From the NCBI RefSeq assembly GCF_021869535.1, contig NW_026262690.1:110608001-110672000 (forward strand): 64,000 nucleotides of DNA, in the 5' to 3' direction. Every line of letters begins with the position of its first letter. The stretch's first letter is position 1. Of the stretch, positions 25,387-39,257 are shown one piece after another. The notes under the pieces are model-generated. The model searched no databases, was not told where the DNA came from, and worked only from the letters and a program-made list of their open reading frames with translations. This stretch comes from Mytilus californianus. Lineage: Eukaryota. The position numbers and the translations under genes are program-made.

Positions 25387-26585
25387 CAGTTTTATCTTTG
25401 ATTTCTCATTTTAGAATTTTCTTACTTATCACTTCTTAAAATATTTAGATGCCGGAGATTGGACATTCAAAATAAAGAGACGTATAAAAAATATGTAAAA
25501 CATATTAAGATTTGAAAATACAGCCACGGTTTATTACGTAAACATGTTTAGTGGCGATATGTGATCTTAAAAACGTCCAAGTTAATAAGTATCATGTAAC
25601 ATGAAAATCTACAAAAGAGAAATCGACTTAACAATAATCAAACTTAACTTCCCTGTTGTGAAAAATATAGGTATGTAGTTTAGACTGGTAAGAGAGTTTG
25701 CTTGCAGAATTTATTTTCATTGGAAGAATTAAACTATTACATATAATGGTCTTATCTATCATGAAATATTTATTTCAAACTTTAACATTCAGTCATGAAT
25801 ACGGGTAAGGCCAAAACATATATACTTGTTTCTTGGCCCCTGGTAGAAAAATATGCTAGTTAGATAGGTAAAACTATTTTATTCGGAAAAATATTTTCAT
25901 CCTTATGTAAACGTTCTGGACATTACCTGCCATGAACCAAAAAACCATACTTCGTTTAAACCCGCTACATTTTTATGCACCTGTCCTAAGCCAGGAGCCT
26001 GTTGTTCAGTGGTTGTCGTTCGTTGGAGTGGTTCATAAATGTTTCTCGTTTCTCGTTTTTTACATAGATTAGACCGTTGGTTTTCCTGTTTGAATTATTT
26101 TACACTAGTCATTTTGGGGCCCTTTATATCTTGATGTTCGGTGTGAGCCAATGGTCCGTGTTGAAGGCCGTACTTTGACCTATAATAGTTCACTTTTTAC
26201 ACATTGTGACTTGGATGGAGAGTTGTCTCATTGGCACCCATACCACTTCTTCTTATTTATATTAACTATATAAAGTGTGTTATGGAGGGGGGAGGCTAGG
26301 CAGGAAAAATTAGGGAGGCAGGAAACTGATATATATACTTCTTGCCTCAGAGAATTTACTATCTACATGTACCGATGGTATATAAATTTGATAGTACCTT
26401 ATAGGGCTGGACCACCCATTACCATTCCGTTACTGTGTGATGTCGTAGAACTGGTTCTGACTTAATTAATTTAATAGAAGTAACGCAAAAGCTTACGAAA
26501 ATGCTTTTACATATTCATATTACATGTTAAAAATGTTACGATTAAAAATAACCGTAACACTCGTATATACGAAATATTTTTTTAA

Positions 26586-26790
26586 GGTCAAGGTACATTT
26601 GATGTGCTGTGTCGCAGATTTTGGTAAAATTTTGCATACATCTTTGGCTCGTTGAACTATAACTGAAAATCAAAAAATATAATCTCCTTTACATTCTGAG
26701 AAATACTATTGAAATTAACTCTTTGAAAATATGTGAACATTTGTATAGAAAGCTCATAAAATCGGCGAATAACGTTCTTGTACCTTGACC
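26586..26790. mobile_element. TTAA-flanked (Kolobok-type) MITE
   Basis: TTAA-GGTCAAGGTAC ... GTACCTTGACC-TTAA. Confidence 0.8.
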
Positions 26791-27084
26791 TTAAGCGAAA
26801 CAAAATGTCAATGGTACTTCTAATACATACATAATGATTCATTTTGACCCTCTTTAAGAACATCATATGTCATTGTTTCTACGTAATTTTTTTTTTTTTA
26901 AATTCATTACTCATTTTCACACTAGATGTGTAACTGAATTTAGTCCTTTTTTGGTACGGAAGCAAATATATAATATCGTTTTTTCAACATTTTTTTAAGG
27001 TCAGTATTAATTGTTTTCGCGCTTAATTCTTACATTAAATGTCTTATTTTCACAAATAATGCGTCCCGTTTGTCCTTATTGTTC

Positions 27085-27395
27085 TAAAAGTAGTCACAAA
27101 GTACCGATCTGAGAGTCCTCGAAAAGACCCAAAGTACCGATCTAAGAGTACTCGCAGAGCCACAAAGTACCGATCTAAGAGTACTCGCAGAGCCACAAAG
27201 TACCGATCTAAGAGTCTTCGAAAAGACTCAAAGTACCGATCTGAGAGTACTCGAAGAGACTCAAAGTACCGATCTGAGAGTACTCGAAAAGACCCAAAGT
27301 ACCGATCTGAGAGTACTCGAAGACTCAAAGTACCAATCTGAGAGTACTCGCAGAGACACACAGTACCGATCTGAGAGTACTCGCAGTTACTGAAA
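27085..27395 (+). repeat. ~30-bp minisatellite aaagtaccgatctgagagtactcg...
   Basis: About 10 copies abutting a family A segment. Confidence 0.9.
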
Positions 27396-28113
27396 GCTAG
27401 TTCAAAGCCAATAACAACCACTAAAAATCATGTTTCCAAAACAAATTTCGCCGGTATTGTATTGCACAAAAGACAAAACCACAACTAAGTACTGCCATAT
27501 CAATGAATAATTGTAGTTACTGAGAGAAAGCAATCTGTTGATCCATATAAAAAAATCACGGCTTTTTATACTATAATACCGCACGATGTTCTTTCAAGTG
27601 GACTTTATACATCTATTCCATGCAATGCCAAAAATAAATTTGTACACAGAGTTTCAAAATAAAGGAAGACTTGTTTGAAGAGGTTGAAAATTCAATCGAC
27701 ATTAACTACCCAAATTTTAACATCGGTGAAAGACTGAGAATTGTGACAGCTTTTTCAACTCAAATATAGAAATGTACACTTTGAAATACCACATAGCCCT
27801 TATGGTTGTTATTAGAATATCAAATAATAGTAAAAATATGATAGCTGGCTTAACTTCTGATGCATTTCATTACTTAGTAATATAATCTTACAGTTGCGTA
27901 CAGCATGCTGTATAGCTTTGTATACAAAAGGCAAAAAACAATGATTTGCAATGTGAGCCTCCCCTTATAAAACTGGCTCTTTTGAATCAAACATAATTTC
28001 CGTAAGAAGAACATTCTGAAAAGTTACACGTCCATTGTATTTATCATAAATTTCACCCAATGTTTTGCTGCAGGATACCCACTTAAACATCATCTTGAAA
28101 ACATCAAAATGCG

Positions 28114-28248
28114 CAGGCGCGGATCCAGCCATTTTGAAAAGGGGGGGAGGGGAGGTGGGGGTCTTACCACCGGAACATAATGGAACGTTCACATGATTAA
28201 AATATAACAATAACAAAAATAATAATACCCCCACTTGGATCCGCCAAT
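28114..28248. mobile_element. Degenerate MITE of the GGCGGATCC family
   Basis: caggcgcggatccagccattttg ... ttggatccgccaatg. Confidence 0.65.
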
Positions 28249-28324
28249 GAATACGAGAGGTAATATATAATGGATAGAGCTATGTGTGATAAGATAGTCC
28301 TGTGTTTGACCTAAAGACTTATCA

Positions 28325-28560
28325 TTTTTAACCGGATTTTCGAAGTAAAAATCGGTTATTGATTTGGGGATGTACGATGGGCGGGCGGGCGGGCAGGCGG
28401 GAGGCTGCCAAACAGTGTCCGTTCATTTACATGAAAACGCTTTGAAGAAATGTTTTCAAATTTAGATATGTTGTTTCCTGTGATTAAATGAAGGTCAAGT
28501 TCAATTTTCATGATTTTAGCTTTTCTCGTTGTTCAGTTATAGCCCTTTCCCAAGAATTCA
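28325..28560 (+). mobile_element. HINE-type 5' fragment with (GGCG)n microsatellite
   Basis: tttttaaccggatttt...aaaatcggtta hairpin then gggcgggcgggcgggc and a core-like segment. Confidence 0.45.
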
Positions 28561-29338
28561 ATTTTTGAAAGATTTTTGACATTGTATTAATGATAAATGA
28601 CTTTTTGGATTTTTTTTCTTTTCTTTGGTAAAGTGTGGTAGATTTGTTTGTTATTCTGTATAAACTGATTTTCAGAATGCTATATACATGTATATAATTT
28701 TTTTTATGAAGTGAACTCCTTTACTTAGATAATAATCTATTTTTATTAAAGAATATATTTCATTACATTTACATTGTGTAGATAAAGTTGCAGATCTATA
28801 TTAGTTTGTGACAAATGAAAGAAAAAATATTTGGAACTATTAATTATATTTGATTATAATTTGAAAATAGATATACATTGCGTTACATCATATCTAATTT
28901 TAGAGAACTATTTTTAGTGAAATCATATCTAATGTTAGAGTACTATGTTAAACCATATTTCTGTTCAAAGGGAAATAACCCAAACTTATTCCATGAACCA
29001 GTAATGATAACATCAACATTTCTTTATATCTATTTTTTTAAGTCATGTGTGTTATGAAGGTAGATGTCACAGTTGTTATGTGGTATTTTTGTTGTGAGTG
29101 TTAATGTTTAATTTTTACATGATCCTGTTTGGGGTTCAGATTTGCAAATATCATTTTTATTATTAATCAAATAATAATCTATAGATATTCAATTACAATC
29201 CAAATTCAGAGCTGTTTTAATCTTAAACAAGTCCATACTTGCTCAACTGTTCAGGGTTCGACCTCTGTAGGAAAATCCGGTTTGCTGTCACTCGACAGCC
29301 TCTTGTTTACTAATCGATCGATTTTCCCCCCATGTTGT

Positions 29339-29543
29339 GGGTCTCATTGGGGTCTAAGCGTGACCCGGGATTGCCGATTTTTTGTAAGCGTGACACGTGA
29401 AAGTCATATTATTGTGCCGTGAAAACGGGAAATGAAGTCTAGCGGGACACGGGAAATTACAAAAAAATAAGAATTGCTTGGATACGGGAATCTGACAAAA
29501 CAGTAAGCGGGATCCGGGATCAGAACCCCCCAATGAGACCCCC
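29339..29543. mobile_element. MITE with GGGTCTCATTGGGG/CCCCAATGAGACCC TIRs and 8-10-bp target duplication
   Basis: (cc)catgttgt directly repeated at 29329-29338 and 29542-29551. Confidence 0.85.
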
Positions 29544-30384
29544 CATGTTGTTCCTTGTCAGTTTAAAATGTGTGGGAAAAGGGAGACAATTCTAATTACA
29601 TAAAACGCATTTGGAAATCATCATCAATTACTAGTATTAATTACACGGAATGTAAAAACAGGGTCTGTGTGGTTGTTTACGTCCCCATCTTAAAGAAGGA
29701 AAGTAAATTCAAGACCCCCACCCCAAAAAAAAAATAAATCTTTCAATACTTTTATTCTTTACAACAAACAGTACATTTTCTATTTGAAATATTATTTTTT
29801 TGATAAAATAGTGCACAAGTATTGGAAATAAAGCTTCAAGTGGGGAAGTTGTTTGTGACTACAGGGAACTGTTAATTGAGATCTGAATGACATTCAGTAC
29901 ACTTTCATTAAATTTCAGCACATTGTTCCTATCCATTATCATAGAAGTTATTCAATTAGCTGCAGATAATATTACTTTTCTGAAAGAACATGTTGAAATT
30001 TAAGATTTTTTCTGAACAATTGAGCCGAGCGGAACGAGGCGAAAAACATAACATGATGTCTTTCCTGCCAAAAAAGTTATATTTTCTTTATTGTAAGGGA
30101 AAGCTTCGATCACAGTTTGGTGTGGGTCGCCTGACTACATATCTCCAGGTCACAAAGGAAAATTAGTCACGTTAAGACATATTAAAAATGCCACACTTGA
30201 CTCCTAGATATCATCTGGAACCATTGAAATATATGCTCAATCATGAGTTTTACGATTAATCATGTAAGTAAACAACTTTTAATATTATCAGTGTGTTTAT
30301 TATAAGGAAAGGGGTATATTATTAAGAAAACATTCGAGAAAAAACCTGCAAACATTGAAAGACATCAAACCATTATTCCGGCCT

Positions 30385-30840
30385 AGTATTATATGAATAT
30401 TTTATTTGCAAATGCATACAGAACATGCTATGGCAATACATAATATATACACAATGTGACAAAAGACTGATAACAGAGAACAATACAATAATAACATAAC
30501 TAACCAATAATATCAGATCTAGCTTTCCATGCATTCTTTAAATAGTTACAGAGCTTAATTGTAAGCGATCTAGAATTAGCTTTCAACAAACAAGATAGTT
30601 TAAAGATATTAGGCCATGAACAATAATAGCGTGGCAGAAAAAAAATTCTAATTGCCCTATATGCTGGACATACCAATACAAAATGGAATTCATTCTCAAC
30701 ACATTGCATTTTACAATATACACATAAACGCATTTCTCTTGGTATATCAGAGAAGCGTTTATGTGTATATTGTAAAATACACACATACACATAAACGCAT
30801 TTCTCTTGGTATATCAGAGAAGCGACCAACTTCAACATTT
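30385..30840 (-). mobile_element. LINE ORF2 C-terminal fragment with a local ~48-bp duplication
   Basis: DIPREMRLCVYCKMQCVENEFHFVLVCPAY motif; duplicated segment at 30720-30826. Confidence 0.8.
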
Positions 30841-31689
30841 AGTTTCAAAGTACCACTTCGTAGTTTTGTAGGAATGTGAACATTATTAATAAAGCTTAAA
30901 TAATTTTCAAGACAAAAATCAAACTTTATACTTCTATATACACTTAATTATCATTATTGTCATTCTTCATATCCAACAAACAAACAGAAGATGGTCATGA
31001 CTCACATGTACAAAACATCTAACATTGAAATGAAGTTTGAATAAAAAAAATCATGACACATTAGTTATAGATATGACGTCTAGACGAAAAAATAAATGGG
31101 TAAATTTTAAATTATCAACAGTTATTACTGAATCAAGTGTTAGACACTTCTGTTGAATAATCAGATACTGATTTAGAGAATTCACCAAATAAACTATAAT
31201 TTTTGCATGTTTGAAAAACAGAATGGCTAAAATATTGTAATTTTTTTTTCGTTGCCCCCTCTAAAGTATTGAAAAATTAGATACCCCCCTTTCCATTCCC
31301 AAAATGTGTCAACCCCCTCCTTTTTTCAGGTTACAAATGACCAGTCCCTTATTGTTCAAATTAAAATTATGCATTCTGTTGATGAGGTAAATATGTGGTT
31401 TTGTTGACTTTTGAAAAACTGATGTTCACTGAGCCCAACAGTAAGTTTTGTTTTATCCAAAATGAAATTCATATAGAAAAACCAACTAGAATAATACCGA
31501 TATAGTTTATTGCAGGACATAATATTTATTAACTTAGAGGCCCAGTAAGGGCGATATATGCAAATGCATATTAGATTTTGAAACATAGGACACTTTGAAG
31601 CCTGCACAAACTTATGCATTATATAAAAGAGAATAGGTTTTAGCGTATTATAACAAAAAAATGGGAACACACGTTTTAATTCAAGGAGA

Positions 31690-32300
31690 CAGATATATAA
31701 AGTCGATTTTTAGTCTAAAATATGCCTTTAAAGCCTCGTTACATATAGTTCAGTCTAACACGAATCCCTTAATATGTATAATTAGAAACACATTCAATCG
31801 AGTTATTCTGTAGCAGAAAATAGCCTGATTCTTCTACCAGCCTTATTAAATATAACATCTTTGATTTTTTAATATTAACCTTAAGACTCTTGTCAGCATA
31901 GTATTTTTCGAACTGTATAAGTCAACTTTGAAAGCACTTTACTGATGTTGATATGATCACAAAGTCATCTGCATACATCAAACAATTTATTTTCTCTGAG
32001 TGAAAGGAAACTGCATCCAAATAAGATTCAATATAATATGAAAAATCATTCATAAATATGTAAAATAAAGAAGAGCTGAAATTGTTCCCTTGTCTTACAC
32101 CTTACTTAATGCTAAATGAATCAGTGAGAGAACCTCCAACACTTACACATGAAAATTGCTTTACTATGTTTATACACATCTGATATAATAATAAAAAAAA
32201 AACCACACAGTACACTGTACCGACGTTCACATTGATAACTAGTAATTTTAGTTTTAGACTTACATAAATTACACTATCAAAAGCTTTATTGAAGTCTACA
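31690..32300 (-). pseudogene. Degraded non-LTR reverse transcriptase fragment
   Basis: Minus strand gives CFVDFNKAFDSV, GVRQG and NCLMYADDFVII motifs with stops. Confidence 0.85.
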
Positions 32301-33226
32301 AAACAGGTATAGATGTAAAGATAAGAAGATGTGGTACGATTGCCATTGAGACAAATTTCCACCAGAGACCAGTAAATGTAGACAGCTCTCTCACACCACG
32401 CAAAACAACATGGCTCTATATAAGGGCATACACCACAAGAACGCATACATGTCAAAGACTAATCCAGATGTCAATATCGTCAATATCGACAATTTCGACA
32501 CGACATCGGATTGATATCGAACAACTTATACACTTATGACATATATATAACCAGGTGTCGATTTCGATGACGACACAATGACAAAACCTGATGTCGATTT
32601 CATAAAAAAAAAAAAAATAGGACATATCAAGCTGATCAAATTAGGACCGAATATAGAGATTGATATAGGGTGAGATGATGGCTGAATTGTAATCAATTTA
32701 TTTTGTTCCCATTGTATTTATACAAGACAATCTAGTGGTTTCCTCTCCAAATTACTGTACCCTTTAGAAAACAAATTCCAATTGGTTGCATAACGTTGAC
32801 ATGGTAATTTAGCCTAGGTGATAAATACCGGTAAGTGAAATATGGTTACTTACAAAGATCATGAAAATACAGATATAGTACAAACATTACTATGTAAAAT
32901 TTAAATCCATGGGATGTGAACTGCTTCATATTTCAAACAGAGAAAGCATGGTGTATTTATTGGTTGAAATAAGATTTTAACTTGATTTGAATAGTTTTGA
33001 GTACTCTTAGATCGGTACCATGTGATTTTGTGTATTTGTTGTTATGCTTTGTGTCGATAAGTATAGTCATTTTAAACGGATTTTTTACATTGTGTATTTA
33101 ATATACTATTTATATATTGATGAAACACCACCGTCCTAGAATTAAGGGAAGGGTTACCCTCATAAACATGTTTAATAAAGCCACATTCTCAATGTTAATG
33201 ACCCTACACCGGAGTTCGATGATTAA

Positions 33227-33609
33227 GGATGTTCGCTCCTCTTGTTTTTGAATTTTTGCCAGATATTCGGAATCCTCTTGTTTTATCCATGTAGTGCCAT
33301 TAAGAATTTTGCCCGCTAACCTCTACTTTTCTTTTCATAATTTTATTACAGTTAAAAAGGCCATATTTGAAAATCCTATAAAATCCTTGTTATTTTTCGT
33401 AGTTTTTGAAAGAAAAATGGTGCCAATGTTAAATGTATGAAAAGTCTAGAGAGAATCATTTACCGCCAATTTTTCAATGGCTTATATCGAAAACAAGCAC
33501 ACGGACCCTTCATTTTTTTCTGCTTTTTTAGTTCCTTTATTTATTTACTTATCAATTTATAACAGTCTTTTAAAAAGGTTGTTATTTTGAAACAGAGTAG
33601 CGAACATCC
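33227..33609. mobile_element. TTAA-flanked (Kolobok-type) MITE nested in a dispersed repeat
   Basis: TTAA-GGATGTTCGCT ... AGCGAACATCC-TTAA; purine-purine termini. Confidence 0.85.
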
Positions 33610-34019
33610 TTAAATGGTTGTCGTCGGTTTCTGTCTGTCATTATTGATTTTCGTTTATCATGCACTTAGACATCAATTAGAATGTTTGTTTTCCCGTTTG
33701 AAATATTTGACATTTTGTCATGCAGATATTAGTGTTGCCCTTTGTTGAAGACTGTACGTTGACCTATAGTTGTTGACATCCTCATTCTTGGTTTATTGTC
33801 TCATTGGAAGTCGTACAACATCTCTTTATCTTAACATTTAATTATAATACGTTATTTTGATTGGCTAACAGCAATCTCGCGTCATTCTGAAATTAACCTT
33901 CATTTTCAAATTGAAATGTAATATTCATGACGATACGAGCTTCCACAATAAAGTGCACAGGTAAATAAAAAAAAAACTTGATAGAAATCGTGTTTTCGTG
34001 ATCCTTGCAAAAAAAATGT

Positions 34020-34170
34020 AATTATAAGTATTGAACGCTTCTTTTAGTAATTTTATAGGGTGTAAATTAATCGATGAACGTGCGTACATTTTTAGAATCA
34101 TACAAAATGTACTTCGGTCAACGCTTTTACACCCCAATAAATTTACAAAAAGAAGCATTCAATTCTTAAA
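34020..34170. repeat. ~45-bp inverted repeat pair, probable end of a non-autonomous DNA element
   Basis: ataagtattgaacgcttcttttagtaattttatagggtgtaaa versus ttttacaccccaataaatttacaaaaagaagcattcaattcttaa. Confidence 0.65.
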
Positions 34171-35889
34171 TAAAGGTACGTAAACTAAACTAAATGAAAT
34201 GAATAGAGAAAGAATTTATGAAGGATTTTTTTATATGGAATCGATATCGACATCTTTAACATATAGGAGAAACTAAATTGCCTATGTAGATAACTATAGC
34301 AGATAGACATTTGGAACATAATTTGTCGATATCGACTCATGTCGTCGACATGGAAATACCGATAAACTCATTGCAAGAACAAACCAGTTGAGGAAGCTTT
34401 TAAAAGTCTCATTGGAAATGCAATATTTTTTTGTTATCTTTATTTGAATAATTATAGATATCAAACATGTCTAATTAAATACATGCTACTTTGTGTATAT
34501 TATGCATGAAATATTTGCGACTTGACTACTAGCAATTGAGCAAATCAATCTATTTAATTTCGTGAGAAAACTTTTCTACGATCCCACCATAGTCTCCTTA
34601 TCTTTACATTGTTAATTTGCTAAATGTAATGAAGAACATATAAACTAAACTATACAAAATGAATAGAAATCGTCCAGAAGATTTTTTTAAATGTCGATAT
34701 GGAATCGATAGTCGATATCGAGAGCTTAAACATATAAACCAGGAGAAACTAAATTGTCTTTATGGCCAACTGTATCAGATAAACACATGGGACATAAACA
34801 TAAGGCGATGAGAAGACTGGCGATAAAGAATCGATATCGACACTTGTTTTAAATGTATACAAAGTATACAAAATTAGAGTAAATCATTGTGAGGAAATTC
34901 AATTGTCGATATCAACAACATAAATAAACGATTCATTTAGGCGGAGAAAACATTGTCGATGTCGAATCGATATCGTCGATGTCGAATCTATATCAGCGAT
35001 ATCGACAACTTAAACAGTTTAACCAAAAGAAACTGGAAGAAAATATCATCAGAGTTCTCGTTCACACTAATTTAATTATCTAGATAATTAAATAGTGAAT
35101 GTTTTCTTTGCCATTAACATGATTAAGGAAGATTGCCAGTTTCTTTAGCTGGCAATGAAATATTTCGTCCACAGTAGAAAGAAGATTCCGGAAATTATTT
35201 GCCCAAGTGTCCGAATCAATGTGGGAAGAGACATTTTTTTGTTTTTACTATCCTGAATAATATTTATTAATCAACTGTCAGCATTTCAAGTTTCTGTAGC
35301 ATGAAATTGATGAATTACTTTATTTAATCTTTCTACATTTGTTGTAGATTCTTTTTATTTAATATTCAGCTTTAATAACTGACGAATATGAAATCGATTG
35401 AAAATTAGTACTTTTAAGCAAGGACAGAACATTTAACAGTTTGATATAGGTGGGCGACCTAAAGATTTTTTTTATATAAATAGGGGCGATACTGTTGTAT
35501 GTAAGGAAAAACTGGTTGTGACCAGGTGTTGTTCATCAAAGATTAATTGCAATTGATTCTATCATCATTTAATATCATGCAGCTTATTGTTTCGTTCATT
35601 AAAAAGTCATTTACACTGAGGAGTCCCCGAGAGTGGACACCAAACCTGCATAAGTATTTATACTTTTTTTTACTATCGGTATATAATGTTTTAACATTTT
35701 TTAATTTTTGCATTGTATAATTATATGTATTATCAGAAGTCCATTGTCCATATGCCTTCAATCCCTCCGGGTATAAATGTGTATTAATTAATAATAAAAA
35801 AATATTCAAATGCCTTCAACCCCTAGGGGTATAAATGTGCATTTCTTTTGTTTAAATATAAAGTTAATCAGTCTAGTGTATCTTGATAT

Positions 35890-36096
35890 GAGGGTCTGGA
35901 TGGGGTTTACAGAATAGAGAATAATGGGCGAAAAATATAAAGAATACAGAAAAATGGACCAAAAAATAAAGAATTGGGAATAATGGGGTACTAAAATATA
36001 GAGAATAGAGTATAATGGGAACCACATATAAAGAATAGAGAAAAATAGCCTAAAAATTAAAGAATACAGAAATGAAGGACCCCCATCCAGAACCTC
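35890..36096. mobile_element. MITE with GAGGGTCTGGATGGGG TIRs; further copies at 1580-1780 and 57805-57961
   Basis: 16-bp TIR pair; the internal ttctctattctttata repeats align with the two other copies in opposite orientation. Confidence 0.85.
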
Positions 36097-37429
36097 TGAT
36101 ATCATATTATGTAATTACAATACGTACAATTTCAGGTTTCTTAAATTTCATTAATGTGTTGATAGGTATATCATAAGATTTCACTTTATGACGTTTGTGT
36201 ATTTGTTGAATATGAAATCGATTGAAATCAAATACTTTTTATGTTCTACTTCGCGATGCTTATACGAACATAAACATTGTCTTAATAATGCATAAATTAC
36301 ACCCATAAGAAGGTCAAAGGCATAACAATTACATGTATAAACAACAATATAATGATGACATTTACATTTACATCAATATAAAACAAAATATTAAACACAT
36401 AACACAACAAATGACATCAAGTGCCACCTGTCCTCAGTTCCATAGACTGTTTAATAAAGGAGCCTAACGATTTCACTTGCTGACTATAGTACTTGGATTT
36501 AGAATATATTTCATTTTACTTTCAGAAATATGCAAAAACTATAAAGCATTGTCGCCAAAGCTCCGAATAAATGTACATATATCTTCAATCAGAAAGAGAT
36601 AATTCTATGAAATAACACAGTATAAATGAAAAATATGATCAGTGAATTTTTCTCGACATAAGAAAGGCTCTAAATCCAAAGGTTTATGTGTGATAAAACC
36701 GAATTACTCAAATTGTATGTAAATATTTATACGCCAAAATTAAGAAATGAATTTAACAAGTACATCCTATTTTACAGTGTGCACGATAGGTGGTGGACCT
36801 AACGTGTTTTTCGATTAAAAAAAGGGAAGTTATTGTTGTATAAGAAAAAAAAAGATGGTCTGGACCAGGTGTTGTTGGATATTGTGGTGAGTACCAATCC
36901 GTGATTTGTGTGGTCCTCTTGTAGATGGAAAGGATTCAGGATGTTGATGGTGTTGACTGGCTATCTTTTTTTTTTTACATTTCTTTGCCATTGAGGAAAA
37001 AGGCATTTTGTGGTGTCTGTAGTTCTGCCAGCTATGTATACGTCTAAATATGAAAAGCCCTTATGTTCATTATTCACGAATCGCTTGATGAAATTAGAAA
37101 CAGCGATTTTTATTTCAACATTATTGTTTTTTCTCATTATGTTTATTTTCAAGAAAATAACGTTTTCATAACAAAATATAAAACCGTCAGTCGAAAAGGC
37201 TACACAGATACTTTAATGAAGAAATACAAACCATTCCAAAAAGCGGGTGAATTAAGGTCCTTCGGAAGAGTCATCAGTTCTTGCCCCCGAGAAGTAACAG
37301 TCGCCGTGTCAAACAAATTTGTGTTTATCTTCCATGTCGTCTTTTTCAGCTCAACTCGCCCTAAGGATTTGAGTCCGTCGCCTTCTAAAGGGAACTTTGT
37401 TAAAAGTTGACGAGTCGATTATTATTTTT

Positions 37430-38260
37430 TTAGATAGAGCAATTAATTTTATCCGTATTGCAAAAAGTAAAAACCCTGACGGGTTAAAATACAAACATTA
37501 CATGAACATAAGAAACATACAACACATGAAAAAATTTTAAACAAGTCAAGTTAATAATATATCAGTATACAGATAATTGACCAATATGGACCTCATTTTC
37601 GCAACTCCATATGCATTGATTACTTGATATAACCCACAACATTAGACACAATAACTTTATTGGGATCTGAAATAGTTAAAAAATTTAGAGTTTAAGTCAA
37701 GTTTAAGTCAAGCTGGTTAATATTAGGATAAAGGGTTTTAATTGCATTTATAATGGGATTTCTAATATTACTGCTGATTAGGCAATGAAGGAAAAAGTGT
37801 TCCTCATCATCTAAAATTTTACAAACTTTACAAACTCGATGTTCTCTTGGAATATTCTTGTATCGAACTATTTCAATTTCCAAGTTATGGTCACTTAAAC
37901 GGAATTTTGTTAAAGGTTGACGACTATTAAAATTTTAGATTGTGCAAGTAGTCTGCCAACTTAATTTCCCTTTTTCAAGTTTACTATAAAGGTAAAGTTT
38001 TGAACTGTTATCTATATTTGAAAGTTTTTCAAGCGTGATTTTATCATACTAACAATATGTTTAATAGATTTTTTAAGTAAATTTTTATTGGTTTAAAAGG
38101 TTTATCAAAATCAACATATTCTTCTTCATCAATATTAATTTATGTAAAGATGCGCTTTGCAAAAGTATCTCAAGTATATATTCCATCTTCAGACATAGAC
38201 TTATTTACTTTGAAAGCCTCTTTAACAAGATTGTCTATTTCCTGATAATGAATTCTACAA
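37430..38260 (-). mobile_element. LINE 3' fragment
   Basis: EIEIVRYKNIPREHRVCKVCKILDDEEHFFLHC motif in ORF 37692-37883; boundaries approximate. Confidence 0.75.
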
Positions 38261-39004
38261 AAATATAAAATATAAATTACACAATTTACACAATTTACAT
38301 AAACACACATTTTAAAAAATGTATTATCTGGTCCTCCTCGTGGCTGAGTATACTAAACAGTGATCCAGATGCAGCCAGTAGTCACAAAGGGCAAGCGCTC
38401 AAACGTCATTATGTTTATTATCAAAACTGTGCAAGATTATTTGGATTTGAAAAAAAAATTATACTGATGCAGCCTCTATAACAACTTGTTACGATACTCT
38501 GCTAATTAATCAATCATAAAGATAAATAAAGAAAATGGTATGATATACATATAACAATTAAGCGCCCCACCCAAGTAGCCCTCTCCCCAGACATTTATTT
38601 GACCACATCATTAGTGTTCTTGATTGATATCACGTAAATCATGTATATCAATATATTGTATATTTGTACAAAGGTTGAGTGACAGGCAATACTAGAACAT
38701 TGATCGGGTCATACGTACATAACTTACACAGGTATAACGGCCTTACACGACCTCGGTCAGGAGGTCGCATGTATATTGGCCTTGTCACGGTGCATTAGAA
38801 ACGATAAAATAATTCACCAACAGTGCAATTTTTCTGTAGTAAAACTGCCCGGATGGATGTGTGGAGAGCGACATCATTCTTTTGTTTTCGTTTTTACATA
38901 TATTTTTTAACACTTTGGTGTTATTTCATTTACCTATAACTTTTATGAAAATATGGATATTTAATAGTTCTTAGTTACTTGCTGAAAATTCAATGTTATT
39001 TTAA

Positions 39005-39257
39005 GGGAGCTGCCATTTGATTTTTATGGCGGGCTAGGATGAAAAATTTTGTCCTGCCTTTTTTTTTAGTTGTAGTCTCTGTCCTGCCTTTTTATTTTTC
39101 ACTCTATTCGGTCCTGCCTTTTTTTTTTGAGTTTATCCTGACTTTTTTTTACATAAATTGTCATCCTGCCTTTTTTTTTACTCAAAACTCCTGTCCTGCC
39201 TATTTTTTTCAAATTTCATCCTAGACCCCCCCCCCTAAAAATCAAATGGTAGCTCCC
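39005..39257. mobile_element. PIF/Harbinger-type MITE
   Basis: TIR GGGAGCTGCCATTTGATTTTTA / TAAAAATCAAATGGTAGCTCCC with TAA on both sides; internal tcctgcctttttt subrepeats. Confidence 0.85.
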
